Positions 37,969 to 48,779 of a DNA stretch of 64,000 nt are shown piece by piece. Source of the stretch: Verrucomicrobiota bacterium. Its GTDB lineage: Bacteria; Verrucomicrobiota; Verrucomicrobiia; Limisphaerales; AAA164-E04. Numbering within the stretch: position 1 is the first letter of the stretch; every line of letters begins with the position of its first letter. The stretch covers positions 4,288,001 through 4,352,000 of the forward strand of contig CP170459.1 in the NCBI GenBank assembly GCA_047947115.1, read 5' to 3'. The notes under the pieces were generated by a model. It ran no database searches. It was not told the DNA's origin and worked only from the letters and a program-made list of their open reading frames with translations. The translations under genes and the position numbers were made by a program.

Positions 37969-39873
37969 ATGAGCAATATTATCGGCATTGATCTTGGAAC
38001 CACCCATTCGGCGGTGGCTGTTGTGGATTCTGGTTTTCCCATTGTCCTGGCCAACGCTCATTCCAAACGCCTGACCCCGTCCGTGGTGCATTATCCGTCC
38101 GATCAAAAGGCCCCCAAAGTGGGTGAGGAAGCGGTGCGCATGCGGACGATCGCTCCGGATCGAACCATTTACTCGGTCAAACGTTTCATGGGACGCAGAT
38201 CCGGCGATTTGTCGGACAGGGAAAAAGAAGTCGACTATTCCATCCAGGCAGCACCGAATGCACCCATTCAAATCCAGATTGGTGAAGCCCTGCTTTCGCC
38301 TGAAGCGGTTTCTGCCGAAATCCTGAAATCGCTCAAATCAGCGGCCGAATCCGCGATGGAATGCACGTTTGAACGAGCCGTCATCACCGTACCGGCTTAT
38401 TTCAATGATGCGCAAAGACAGGCCACCATCGAAGCCGGGCGTCTGGCCGGTTTGACTGTGGAGAGGATCATCAACGAACCCACAGCTGCTGCGTTGGCGT
38501 ACGGTCTGAATCGGCTCAAGGATCAATCCAAAATCGCAGTGTATGACCTGGGTGGAGGCACGTTCGATATCACCGTTCTGGAGTTGAATGAGGGAGTGTT
38601 CAGGGTTTTATCCACCCATGGGAACACCTGTCTTGGAGGGAATGATATCGACCAGGCAATCCTCAACCATTTTCTGTCAGTCATCCGGACCCAGTCTGAA
38701 AAAATCGATGTAACGCAATCGGAGGAAGCCCTGCCCCGCCTGCGAGAGGCGGCTGAACAGGCCAAAATCGCACTGTCCACCGAGACAACAACCACGGTCG
38801 AATTACCGTTCCTGACGCCCGATTTCCATTTCAAACTGGAATTGACCAGAGAAGAGCTTCAATCCATTGCCCGTCCCATCATTATACGCACAAAGCAGCA
38901 TTGCCTTCGGGCCATCAGCGATGCAGGCATTCGATCAGAAGATCTGGATCAGGTCGTGCTGGTGGGAGGTCAAACCCGCATGCCATTGGTCAGGGAGAGG
39001 GTCAGCGAGTATTTTCAATGCAGTGACTTTGAAGAAACACGGGGGGATGTGCGCCTGGGAGATTCCTTTCACACTGCATCCGGTCCAGAGTTGAACACCG
39101 GACAAAACCCGGATGAAGCTGTGGCCTTGGGCGCGGCGATCCAGGGAGCCATTCTCACTGGAGAAATGTCGCAAATGACTTTACTGGATGTCACCCCGCT
39201 CTCGTTGGGCATTGAAACCTTTGGTGGTTTGATGAATGTGTTGATCCCCCGCAATTCCACCATCCCGGCCAAGGCCGGCGAGGTCTTTACTACTGCGGTA
39301 GCCAATCAGAAGGAAATGCTGATCCATATTCTCCAAGGAGAACGCGAGAAAGCAGCGGACAACTGGAGCCTGGGCCAGTTTGTCGTTTCCTTTGAAAAAG
39401 CTCCGAAAGGCGTCCCTCGTGTCGGCGTACAATTTGAAATTGATGCCAACGGCGTCCTGCATGTGCTCGCCCGAGATATCAAGTCGGGTAAGGAACAGAT
39501 TGTTGAGATCAAATCCGCCATTGACGTGGAAGATCACAAAGTAACCGAAATGGTGGAATCTTCAGTGGAACACGCCATGCAGGATTGGGATGCACGACGC
39601 TGGATTGAGAACAAACTCAAAGCCAATGATCTGTTGTCCGCAGTCAGGCAAAGCCTTTCGGATTGCAGCGAAGATCTTGAACCCGACTACCTCGAGCTGA
39701 TCCAGGAGAAGGTTGACGTGCTCAAAGGCGTATTGGCGAGGGAGAACAAGGAAAACCAATCCGGCGATGTGGACGCCCTGAAAAGTGCCGTCGCGGAATT
39801 GGATGACGCCACTCAAACACTGGCCCAAATCCATCTGGACAAGATCACGACAGAATATCTGACAGGAGCTTGA
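37969..39873 (+). CDS. hscA: Hsp70-family chaperone, HscA-like
   Basis: [48 protein letters not shown]; divergent from canonical DnaK; hscB/iscA in the window. Confidence 0.7.
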   Translation: MSNIIGIDLGTTHSAVAVVDSGFPIVLANAHSKRLTPSVVHYPSDQKAPKVGEEAVRMRTIAPDRTIYSVKRFMGRRSGDLSDREKEVDYSIQAAPNAPIQIQIGEALLSPEAVSAEILKSLKSAAESAMECTFERAVITVPAYFNDAQRQATIEAGRLAGLTVERIINEPTAAALAYGLNRLKDQSKIAVYDLGGGTFDITVLELNEGVFRVLSTHGNTCLGGNDIDQAILNHFLSVIRTQSEKIDVTQSEEALPRLREAAEQAKIALSTETTTTVELPFLTPDFHFKLELTREELQSIARPIIIRTKQHCLRAISDAGIRSEDLDQVVLVGGQTRMPLVRERVSEYFQCSDFEETRGDVRLGDSFHTASGPELNTGQNPDEAVALGAAIQGAILTGEMSQMTLLDVTPLSLGIETFGGLMNVLIPRNSTIPAKAGEVFTTAVANQKEMLIHILQGEREKAADNWSLGQFVVSFEKAPKGVPRVGVQFEIDANGVLHVLARDIKSGKEQIVEIKSAIDVEDHKVTEMVESSVEHAMQDWDARRWIENKLKANDLLSAVRQSLSDCSEDLEPDYLELIQEKVDVLKGVLARENKENQSGDVDALKSAVAELDDATQTLAQIHLDKITTEYLTGA

Positions 39874-40153
39874 ATCCATCATGCCCGCCTGCATCCCGGC
39901 ACCCTTCCAGAGGCAACCGCAACACGAATGACTTCCGGCATGGACCTTCAGACTGGAATGGGCCCCGGTCTGAAGCTGGAATCCAGCTTTGGAAACCGGT
40001 TGCAACGGGTGTTTTCACCCTGCATGAGATGTGTTTTGCGGGAAGCCGCTGTTTTCAGATTGCCACATCAGGCATCACCTCACTACCATCCCTGCTCAGC
40101 ATCGGAGCAGATTCATTGGTCGATTCGAAGATTGCTGGAAGATCCTATCAGTT

Positions 40154-42463
40154 ATGGAAACAGAACCACTCGCACAACCCTTGGCGACATTGGACTGGGT
40201 GATCATTGCCTTGTTCATACTCGGCTCACTGGCCATCGGTATATTCCTGGCGAGACGAGCCCGCAGTTCCACCGACGACTACTTCAAAGGAGGCGGCAAC
40301 ATGGGTTGGCTGATGCTTGGGACCTCCATGGTGGCCACAGCCTTTGCCGCAGACACTCCCCTCGCCCTCACCGGCTGGGTGGTGACCAAGGGGATTTCAC
40401 AAAACTGGTTCTGGTGGTCCATGGTTCCCATCACGATGCTCGGGGTATTCTTTTATGCGCCACTCTGGAAACGCGCCAACCCCCAGACGGATATGGAACT
40501 GGTCTATCAACGCTACTCCGGCAAATCCGCCAGCGCCCTGCGCGTCGGCAAGGCGCTTTGGCTGGCGTTTCCCTTTGGATGTGTGAACATGGGGTGGGTC
40601 AACAAGGCCATGACGGTGATCATCAGTTACACCGTCCCGGAATTCCCCCGCATACCGATAGTCGATTCCCTGATCCTCTGGCTGGTCATGGCAACTCCTT
40701 TATCTGGGAATGTGGATTCAAACATACGTCAAGCCGTCCAGTCCAATCAACTGGAACCCATGCAAATAGCCTATGAGACCGGCATGCTTCGGCAGCCGGC
40801 CTTCTGGTCGACGTTTCAATCGGGAGCTTATGGTCCGACGTCCACCGCCGAAAGCGATACGCAGCTCAGGCAAGAGGCGTGGAGCAACCTGAAACTGAGA
40901 GGATCGTATGACTTGAGCACGCCCCTGTCCCTTCCGGGAGTATCCGACGGTCTTGTGCCCGCTTCCTGGGATGCGCTGGAGTTCACCCATCAAATCTACC
41001 TGATTTGTTCAACCGTCAACCAATACAAAGTGTTGTTCCTCCTTTTTCTGGTGGTCATTGCTTACACGGCGATTTCCGGTCTGTGGGGTGTCATGGTGAC
41101 GGATTTCATCCAGTTTTGGATTGCCATGGCGGGGTGTGTCATTCTGGCGGTGATGGCGGTGAATCAAGTGGGCGGATTGGAGGCGTTGTTCAGTAAAATG
41201 AACGAACTTTATGGAAGTGAACGATCCGCCGCCATGATGGCCCTGTTTCCGAAGGCCAACTCCGCGGAATTCGGACTGTTCACGCGCCCTGAGTTTTGGT
41301 TGTTGATCCTGATTTTCTGGTGGTCTTACGCCTTTACCGATGGCGGCTCCTTCTTTGCCCAACGCATGTTGAGCGCTCGGGATGAACGTCAGGCCGCGCT
41401 GGGATACCTCTGGTATGGGGTCGCGCACTATGCACTACGCATGTGGCCTTGGTTGCTGGTGGGATTTGTTGCCGCGGTCATGTTCCCGCACGTGGCATCT
41501 GCCAATGGCACCATGCCGGAAGGCGCCCTTGCGGAAGCGGGTTATGTGCGTGTGATGCTGGCGGTTATTCCCACAGGCATTCTCGGTTTGATGGTCGCGT
41601 CCTTGTTTGCAGCTTACATGTCCACGATTTCGACATGGGTCAATCTGGGGGCATCCTATTTGATCAATGACGTCTACCGCCCCTTCATCGCTCCGGGCAG
41701 AGAACGTCGCATTCAACAGTCGACAGGCAATTCCGATTTCTCCTTCTCGGAGAAACATTACGTCCGCTGGGGCATCCTGGCGACATTATTGATTGCCCTG
41801 GCAGGGATTGTGGTTGCGCTGTTCATGAACACCGTTTCGGGTGCATGGTTTTTCCTGGCAGGATTCAATGGCGGGATCGGCGTCATTTATCTGCTCCGCT
41901 GGTATTGGTGGCGCATCAACGCCTGGGCGGAGCTGGTCTGCCTGATCTCGCTGCTGTTGCTGTCCCTGGGTATGTTTGCGCTCAAGGATTCCATGATCGC
42001 AGAGTCCACCCTCATCCTCATGAAAGGAACCGATTTCGCCATCCCCATTGCATCGCTGTTTGATTTTCCCTTCAGCCTGCTGGTGACAGTCCCCATCAGT
42101 GTCCTGCTCGCCATCGCGGCCAGTTTTCTGACGCCACAAACCGATGTGTCCGTGTTGAAATCCTTTCATAAAAAGGTTCAGGCCGGGGGCTTGGGATGGA
42201 GGAAAATCGACGAACTCGTCCGTGCGGATGATCCGACTTTCAAAGCTCATTCACCGCTCAATCTCAGAAACCTGATTCTATGGATTCTGTCTTCTGCGGG
42301 TGTTTGCTTCTGGCTGATCGGATTGGGCAAGGTCATCATAGGTGACGCCTTCGTGGAGGCCCCCTCTTTCTCTCCGAGATGGTTGGGTATCTTCATGCTC
42401 GTCGCCGGCTCAATCTGCATCGGTGCCGTGGCCAAATTTTTCCCTGATCAAAAAGCATCTTAA
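40154..42463 (+). CDS. Sodium:solute symporter family protein with large insertion
   Basis: GTSMVATAFAADTPL, SGLWGVMVTDFIQF, AQRMLSARDE, AAYMSTIST, LRWYWWRINAW. Confidence 0.88.
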   Translation: METEPLAQPLATLDWVIIALFILGSLAIGIFLARRARSSTDDYFKGGGNMGWLMLGTSMVATAFAADTPLALTGWVVTKGISQNWFWWSMVPITMLGVFFYAPLWKRANPQTDMELVYQRYSGKSASALRVGKALWLAFPFGCVNMGWVNKAMTVIISYTVPEFPRIPIVDSLILWLVMATPLSGNVDSNIRQAVQSNQLEPMQIAYETGMLRQPAFWSTFQSGAYGPTSTAESDTQLRQEAWSNLKLRGSYDLSTPLSLPGVSDGLVPASWDALEFTHQIYLICSTVNQYKVLFLLFLVVIAYTAISGLWGVMVTDFIQFWIAMAGCVILAVMAVNQVGGLEALFSKMNELYGSERSAAMMALFPKANSAEFGLFTRPEFWLLILIFWWSYAFTDGGSFFAQRMLSARDERQAALGYLWYGVAHYALRMWPWLLVGFVAAVMFPHVASANGTMPEGALAEAGYVRVMLAVIPTGILGLMVASLFAAYMSTISTWVNLGASYLINDVYRPFIAPGRERRIQQSTGNSDFSFSEKHYVRWGILATLLIALAGIVVALFMNTVSGAWFFLAGFNGGIGVIYLLRWYWWRINAWAELVCLISLLLLSLGMFALKDSMIAESTLILMKGTDFAIPIASLFDFPFSLLVTVPISVLLAIAASFLTPQTDVSVLKSFHKKVQAGGLGWRKIDELVRADDPTFKAHSPLNLRNLILWILSSAGVCFWLIGLGKVIIGDAFVEAPSFSPRWLGIFMLVAGSICIGAVAKFFPDQKAS

Positions 42464-42475
42464 CGATTCTAAAAC

Positions 42476-43972
42476 ATGTCGACCGAAGTCATTCATCCTT
42501 TAATTCCACTTCCCCAATCCTTTCGCAAGGATGAAGGAAGATTCAACTGCAAACCCACGCTGACAATCGCCTTTGAAACCTGTTCCGATGCGGTTTCCCA
42601 CGCCGGAAAATTGCTGGAGGAATGGCTCAAAGTACGCCAGCCCGAACTGACATGTGAGGTCTTGAACGGATCATCAGACATTCGTTTCCTGGAAGAAAAT
42701 TCGGAGAATGAGGAAGCATACACACTGACGATCACACCCGACCAGATCACCATCCGGGGCAGTCAAACCGGATGGGTACGCGCCGCTGCGGCACTGGTAA
42801 TGCTTTATGATCAGGGAGGATGGAACGCTTGCCATATCGAGGATGCGCCGCGATTCAGCTGGCGCGGCATGCATCTGGATGTCTGTCGACATTTTTACCC
42901 TGTGCGATTGGTGAAACGTCTCATCGATGTCATGGCGCTGCACCGGATGAATACATTTCACTGGCATCTGACCGATGACCAGGGTTGGCGCATCGATATC
43001 AAGGCATTCCCGCCATTGTCCAACATCTCGGCATGGAGGGACAAGGATGGAGAAACGTATGGGGGCTACTATACCGCCGAAGACATTCGAGAGGTTCTGG
43101 CATATGCGCAAGAACGCAAAATTCAAGTGGTGCCGGAAATCGAGATGCCCGGACACGCCCTTGCCACCTTGTCGGCTTTTCCCGAATTATCCTGTGCAGG
43201 CGGACCCTTCCAGGTTTCCAATACCTGCGGCATCTTTGACGACGTTTACTGCGCAGGCAAGGAAGCCACTTTTGATTTTCTAGAAAAGGTTTTGGAGGAG
43301 GTGTGCGAATTGTTCCCCGGTCCTTACATCCATGTTGGGGGCGATGAATGCCCCAAAACCCGATGGAAAACATGCCCTGACTGCCAGTCCCGCATGAAGC
43401 AGGAAGGATTGAAAGACGAGAACGAATTGCAAAGTTGGTTCGTTTCCCGGATGGGCCGTTTTCTGGATTCCAAAGGAAAACACATGATCGGCTGGGATGA
43501 AATACTGGAAGGAGGACTCCCTCCAACCGCGATCGTGATGTCATGGAGAGGCGTCGCCGGGGGTGTTGAAGCGGCTCGAATGGGGCACGATGTCATCATG
43601 TCACCCACCACACATTGCTATTTCGATTACCGCCAATCGACCGAACCCGAAGAACCGGGCAACCTGGGAATCATTCCGATCGACACCGTTTATGATTACG
43701 ATCCGGTGCCGGAAGAGCTGGACGCCAAAGCGGCATCCAGAGTATTGGGGGTTCAAGCCAACATTTGGACTGAACGCATGCCATCCTGGAAACTGCTGGA
43801 GTATATGGTGCTGCCCAGACTGTGTGCATTATCAGAAGTGGCCTGGACATCGCCAAAGCAAAAAAACTGGAAACATTTTGAGGATCGACTCAATCGACAC
43901 CTCGGTTTTCTGAAAGCATATGGATACACCTACCGCCACCCCCTTCGCGAAAACAGGGAATTCCCGCTTTAA
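42476..43972 (+). CDS. Beta-N-acetylhexosaminidase (GH20)
   Basis: PRFSWRGMHLDVCRHF, HWHLTDDQGWR, PEIEMPGH, HVGGDE, GVQANIWTE. Confidence 0.95.
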   Translation: MSTEVIHPLIPLPQSFRKDEGRFNCKPTLTIAFETCSDAVSHAGKLLEEWLKVRQPELTCEVLNGSSDIRFLEENSENEEAYTLTITPDQITIRGSQTGWVRAAAALVMLYDQGGWNACHIEDAPRFSWRGMHLDVCRHFYPVRLVKRLIDVMALHRMNTFHWHLTDDQGWRIDIKAFPPLSNISAWRDKDGETYGGYYTAEDIREVLAYAQERKIQVVPEIEMPGHALATLSAFPELSCAGGPFQVSNTCGIFDDVYCAGKEATFDFLEKVLEEVCELFPGPYIHVGGDECPKTRWKTCPDCQSRMKQEGLKDENELQSWFVSRMGRFLDSKGKHMIGWDEILEGGLPPTAIVMSWRGVAGGVEAARMGHDVIMSPTTHCYFDYRQSTEPEEPGNLGIIPIDTVYDYDPVPEELDAKAASRVLGVQANIWTERMPSWKLLEYMVLPRLCALSEVAWTSPKQKNWKHFEDRLNRHLGFLKAYGYTYRHPLRENREFPL

Positions 43973-44155
43973 AGAGAAAAAGGAACGGGTGCAGTCAACC
44001 ACATGTTTTGAGAATAGTCCGAACCTCAAAGCGGCAATGGCTGCGATTCGTCGGGCAGGCCCGGTGGTCAAAAGTAAATGTGAATACGTTCAGGCGATCA
44101 GGTTTGGCAAACACATTGGAAGCGTAGCCACCGAAAAAGCATTGCCCCGAACAAT

Positions 44156-45616
44156 CTACTCCGTTTCTTCCAAAGCAAAAGATTCCTCGGGAGCCCGGAC
44201 CAACCGTTTGCGCCCGACCACGGCGAACCATAGCACGCCCGCGGCAAACCAGATGGCCGCCCCCCAAACGGCGGGTCGATAAGCGGGATCCACCACAAAC
44301 AACGCCACCAGGGTCACCACAGAAACCACCAGTGCAAACCAGGCTCCGATCAATCCCAGCGGACTCCGATAGGGACGATTCATGTGTGCAAAACGACTAC
44401 GCAATCGAATGAAGGAAACCATCTGAAAAACATAGGCGATCACTGCTCCAAACACTGCCATATTCAACAAAGCAGCCCCTACAGAGCTATCCGAACCGGC
44501 GTAGTGGATAATCAATGCAAACACATACCCGATCACGGCTCCAGCAATCAAAGCCATGGCTGGCGTTTTGCGGCTCGAGTGTGTCAGCGACAATACCTGT
44601 GGAAAATAACCCGCTCGTGACAACGAATAAATTTGCCGGCCATAAGCGTAAATGATCGTATGGAAACTCGCGATCAAACCGGCCACAGCCACCAGGGCCA
44701 GTATTCGACTGCCGGCTCCTTCCCCAAATATGGTTTTGAAACCCTCGAACAAAGGTTCATCCGTGCTGCCAATGACCTGCGCGCCGGGGGCAATACCAGC
44801 ATTCAAAATCAACGTGGCAAAAGCGCAAATAATCAAAGTGAACAAACCGGTAACGATCCCTTTTGGAAGGTCTTTTTGAGGTTGATGTGATTCTTCCGCC
44901 GCCAATGGAAGTTGTTCGATGGCGAGATAAAACCAAATGGCAAACGGCAGCGCCGCAAACACCCCCTTCCATCCTCTGGGCAGCCATCTGCTTCCGCCTT
45001 CATCCGGAGGAATGTTCAAAGCCTGCTGCAAATCAAAATGCCCCACGGCCCCGACATAAAACACCGCCAGGATCAACAGTGCCACAATGGTGATGATCAC
45101 TGAAAATCGAAACGATAATTCCACCCCCCAAATATTGAGCCCCACAAAAAGGATATAGGAAACCAACCACCATAACGGAGCCCAGCTGTCAGGCGTCCCA
45201 AAAATCGCTCCGAGATATCCGCCTATCCCCACCACGATCACAGCCGGAGTCAACACATACTCCATGTTCTCAGCCAGCCCGGTCAGATACCCGCCCCAAG
45301 GCCCCATCGAGGTCCGGGCAAATGAATACGCACCGCCGGTGTGCGGCATGGCGGCGGTCATCTCGGCTATACTGAAGCAAAGACCGACATACATCAATGT
45401 GATCACAAACGTGGCAATCAGCAACCCGCCAAAGCCCCCCGATGCCAAACCAAAATTCCAACCGAAGAAATCACCTGAAATAACAGCTCCCACGCCGAGT
45501 GCCCACAAATGAAACACCCGCGCAAAACGCTTGAGCTGTCGTTTTTCAAAATAATCGTGTTCCACTTCCCGATATGAAACAGAACCGCTGCCGGATTTGC
45601 TTTTTGGGTCAGTCAT
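44156..45616 (-). CDS. eat: APC-family permease, ethanolamine-permease-like
   Basis: WALGVGAVISGDFFGWNFGL, ALPFAIWFYLAIE, GLIASFHTII, RPYRSP. Confidence 0.8.
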   Translation of the reverse strand: MTDPKSKSGSGSVSYREVEHDYFEKRQLKRFARVFHLWALGVGAVISGDFFGWNFGLASGGFGGLLIATFVITLMYVGLCFSIAEMTAAMPHTGGAYSFARTSMGPWGGYLTGLAENMEYVLTPAVIVVGIGGYLGAIFGTPDSWAPLWWLVSYILFVGLNIWGVELSFRFSVIITIVALLILAVFYVGAVGHFDLQQALNIPPDEGGSRWLPRGWKGVFAALPFAIWFYLAIEQLPLAAEESHQPQKDLPKGIVTGLFTLIICAFATLILNAGIAPGAQVIGSTDEPLFEGFKTIFGEGAGSRILALVAVAGLIASFHTIIYAYGRQIYSLSRAGYFPQVLSLTHSSRKTPAMALIAGAVIGYVFALIIHYAGSDSSVGAALLNMAVFGAVIAYVFQMVSFIRLRSRFAHMNRPYRSPLGLIGAWFALVVSVVTLVALFVVDPAYRPAVWGAAIWFAAGVLWFAVVGRKRLVRAPEESFALEETE

Positions 45617-46929
45617 GATGTGATGGATGGGTTCCGGTCATCCCTGATGCTCCTTTCAACAGCCGCATAGACAGTCTGAATAGAGACTTGAGCCGCCTCG
45701 GCTGCTTGACGACATGATTCGTATTCAGGCGTCACGCGGATGATGTCCCCATCAAGAAAACCTGTTTTCGTCTGAATCTCCCCGTACGGTGTCTTGATGC
45801 TGCCGAGGGACCGCTTAAGCTTACGACGTTCCATGGTGGCACTACGCACGCCGAAAGCTGTCGTTTCGGTCAGAATCAAGTCCCTGAACTCGGAAACATC
45901 CCTCGGCTGACACAGCACACTCAACAACACGCCCGGACGGTGCTTCTTCATCTGAATGGGCGTATAATAAACATCGAGCGCCCCACGCTTCAAAGCAAGT
46001 TCCATGAAGTGTCCGATAATCTCGGGACGGCAGTCATCCAAATTGGTCTCCAACAGAACAACGGTGTCGGATTCCAAATCACCATCCACCTCTGAACCAA
46101 CCGTTTCACCCAGAATCGCCCGCAGCACATTGGGTTTCCCTGGTATATCCCGCCCTCCCAATCCATAGCCCACTTTGCGGGCCACCAATCCGCGCATGGG
46201 ACCAAAGGACTCCCCAAATTCTGCCAACAAGGCGGCCCCGGTGGGCGTAACCAATTCATAAGGCACATCACACTGCGTCAGGCTGATCCCGGCTTCTCCC
46301 AATATGGACAATGTCGCCATGGTTGGCACAGGGAACTTGCCGTGAGCACAGTGGACAAATCCGGTTCCTTCCACCACTGGAGCGGACAGCACTTTCGGAC
46401 ATCCCAGCGCTTCCAACGCAATGCATGCCCCAAGGATATCCACAATCGAATCGACCGCCCCAACCTCGTGAAAATGCACCTTTTCTGGCGGCAAGCCATG
46501 CACTTTCCCTTCGGCAATGGCGATGCGATGAAAGACTGCAATCGATCGACGTTTCACCCAATCAGAAAGTGGGCTTTCTTCGATCAATGTCTTTATTTGA
46601 GCGTAATTCCGGGCATGTTGATCATCATGCCCATGGTCCTCGATCCCCCCATGCGAATGGGTATGTGAATGGTGATCGTGAGAGTGCGAGTGTCCGTGAT
46701 GATGGTGGTGATGGGAGTGATTGGATTCAGGTTGATCCAGTATCACATCGAATTTGACACCCTCCACACTGGAGCGTGCGTCGCGATAAATATTCAGTTT
46801 GTAATTTCCGACCGGTATGGAGGCCAACTGCTCTCGCAGATGGGATTCATCCAAGCCCAGATCCAGCATGGCTCCCAGGAACATGTCCCCGCTGATGCCG
46901 CTAAAAATATCAAGATAGAGTGTCTGCAT
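45613..46929 (-). CDS. larC: Nickel-pincer cofactor nickel insertase
   Basis: SGISGDMFLGA, His-rich linker, VHFHEVGAVDSIVDI, ELVTPTGAA, LETNLDD, MKKHRPG, PEYESC. Confidence 0.95.
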   Translation of the reverse strand: MQTLYLDIFSGISGDMFLGAMLDLGLDESHLREQLASIPVGNYKLNIYRDARSSVEGVKFDVILDQPESNHSHHHHHHGHSHSHDHHSHTHSHGGIEDHGHDDQHARNYAQIKTLIEESPLSDWVKRRSIAVFHRIAIAEGKVHGLPPEKVHFHEVGAVDSIVDILGACIALEALGCPKVLSAPVVEGTGFVHCAHGKFPVPTMATLSILGEAGISLTQCDVPYELVTPTGAALLAEFGESFGPMRGLVARKVGYGLGGRDIPGKPNVLRAILGETVGSEVDGDLESDTVVLLETNLDDCRPEIIGHFMELALKRGALDVYYTPIQMKKHRPGVLLSVLCQPRDVSEFRDLILTETTAFGVRSATMERRKLKRSLGSIKTPYGEIQTKTGFLDGDIIRVTPEYESCRQAAEAAQVSIQTVYAAVERSIRDDRNPSITS

Positions 46930-46949
46930 AGAAAATCGAACGCGGTTCG

Positions 46950-47759
46950 TCAGGATTGGGATTTTGAGGCGCGTGCAATGAGCGAAGTTATTTGACTGGC
47001 GGCATAGGCGGCGCCGAACCCGTTATCGATGTTCACCACCGTGACGCCACTGCCACAACTGGTCAACATGCCAAGCAAAGCCGCAACCCCTTTGAAACTT
47101 GCTCCGTAACCCACACTGGTTGGAACGGCCACGACCGGCTGAGCAACCAAACCGGCAACAACGCTGGGTAAGGCCCCTTCCATCCCGGCGGTTACAATGA
47201 TCACATCAGCCTCCTGAAAGCGTGGCAATTGTGCGAGCAAGCGATGCAATCCCGCCACCCCCACATCGTAGATTCGATCCACCACATTTCCCATGGTCTC
47301 AGCCGTCACGGCCGCTTCTTCAGCCACTGGCAAATCGGTGGTTCCTGCGGAGACCACACATACCTTACCCAGTTTGACAGGTATCGGATGCTGGTTCCAA
47401 ACGAGACAACGAGCGGTGGCATGATAGGTGACATGACTGAGTGAGGATTGAACCTTGGCCGCGTCCTCAGATCCGATGCGCGTCACGAGCACGGCGTGAG
47501 ATGTTTGAGAAAGCTGCTGAACGATACCGAGAATCTGTTCAGGAGTTTTTCCCTCTCCAAAAACCACTTCCGGAAAACCTTTTCGCAAGGCACGGTGGGT
47601 ATCCACTTTGGCAAACCCCATGTCAACAAACGGAGCCTGCTGAAAGGCGCGCAGGGTTTCATCCCTGGTGATGCTGCCCTCCTGGAACTGATCGAGTAAT
47701 TTTACGGCTTCTTCAGGTGTCACGCCGAGGAAAATGCCACGTCCCGGGCCCCAGGTCAC
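46950..47759 (-). CDS. larB: Nickel-pincer cofactor biosynthesis carboxylase/hydrolase
   Basis: GFPEVVFGEGKT, AGTTDLPVAEEA, DVGVAGLHRL, AGMEGALPSVV, VPTSVGYG, VVNIDNGFGA; start may be ~47724. Confidence 0.95.
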   Translation of the reverse strand: MTWGPGRGIFLGVTPEEAVKLLDQFQEGSITRDETLRAFQQAPFVDMGFAKVDTHRALRKGFPEVVFGEGKTPEQILGIVQQLSQTSHAVLVTRIGSEDAAKVQSSLSHVTYHATARCLVWNQHPIPVKLGKVCVVSAGTTDLPVAEEAAVTAETMGNVVDRIYDVGVAGLHRLLAQLPRFQEADVIIVTAGMEGALPSVVAGLVAQPVVAVPTSVGYGASFKGVAALLGMLTSCGSGVTVVNIDNGFGAAYAASQITSLIARASKSQS

Positions 47760-47782
47760 GTCGAAAGAAGGTTAAATAACAA

Positions 47783-48157
47783 TCAATCCATCTCCAATAC
47801 ATGATCCAGCAAATGGGCCAACTGATCCAGCACCCCCTCGCGCCCCGCGATCAACTTGGCTCCGGCAATGCGGGCCCGCTCTTGAAGCGCCTGGTCATCG
47901 AGATTGGCAAATGCCAAAACAGGAATGTGCTGGGTTTCCAGATCTTCCTTGAGTTCCCGTATCGCATCCGGAATGTCACCCGTTTTAGTGTCCAGATCGG
48001 CAACCAGGACCATTGGTTTATGTTTTCGGACTTCGGCAACCAGTTTGAGGGGATCCGTCGCCGACACCACACGATAGCCAAGATCCTGCAACCGGTTCAC
48101 CACCTGGCTACCCGGCATCAGTTTCTCGTAAAATAAAAGCACCAATGGCGACGGCAT
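47783..48157 (-). CDS. Atypical stand-alone receiver-domain protein
   Basis: CheY-like pattern (LGYRVV, KPMVLVADL, TQHIPVLAF, ARIAGA); N-terminal acidic pair degenerate. Confidence 0.65.
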   Translation of the reverse strand: MPSPLVLLFYEKLMPGSQVVNRLQDLGYRVVSATDPLKLVAEVRKHKPMVLVADLDTKTGDIPDAIRELKEDLETQHIPVLAFANLDDQALQERARIAGAKLIAGREGVLDQLAHLLDHVLEMD

Positions 48158-48199
48158 GGAGGCATTATGAACTCATTTGATTACGAAAATCAAAGCATT

Positions 48200-48763
48200 T
48201 CAGTCAGAAGATGATGAACTCAGCGGGCCGCCCACCTGAATGCTGTTCTTCAGGCAATAGCGGGTATTGGCAACATATTTGTCCGCCCAATGCCGCAAGC
48301 CTGCCCTTTGCTCCCCGCTCAACGGTTTCACCACCTTCGCGGGAGCCCCGAGAACCAGGGATCCCGGCGGAACAACCGTGCCTGAAGTTACCAAGGCATT
48401 GGCTCCCACGATACTTTGAGCGCCAATCACCGCTCCGTCGAGAACGGTGGCCCCCATCCCGATCAAACACTCATCCTCCACAGAGCAGGCATGGAGGATG
48501 GCCGAATGCCCCACCGTCACATAATTCCCAATGAGACACGGGTAGTCATCTGCCAGATGCACCACCGCATTGTCCTGAATATTGGAATGATGACCCACAA
48601 CAATGCGATTGATATCTCCCCGCAGAACAGCTCCATACCATACGCTGGACTCCTCCCCAATCGTTACATCACCGATAACCACTGCACCCTTGACGATGTA
48701 GGCATTATCGGCCACCACCGGCTTTCGGCTCCAGAAGGTGTCCAGTCGTTTCTCGAAATCCAT
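48200..48763 (-). CDS. Gamma-carbonic-anhydrase-family protein
   Basis: GAVLRGD, SNIQDNAVVH, VTVGHSAILH, hexapeptide repeats. Confidence 0.92.
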   Translation of the reverse strand: MDFEKRLDTFWSRKPVVADNAYIVKGAVVIGDVTIGEESSVWYGAVLRGDINRIVVGHHSNIQDNAVVHLADDYPCLIGNYVTVGHSAILHACSVEDECLIGMGATVLDGAVIGAQSIVGANALVTSGTVVPPGSLVLGAPAKVVKPLSGEQRAGLRHWADKYVANTRYCLKNSIQVGGPLSSSSSD

Positions 48764-48779
48764 GAGCCCCTTTTGGTAA

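Noticed and set aside
39928..40776. 282-aa + strand ORF
   Set aside because: Alternative frame overlapping the SSS symporter, with no recognisable domain
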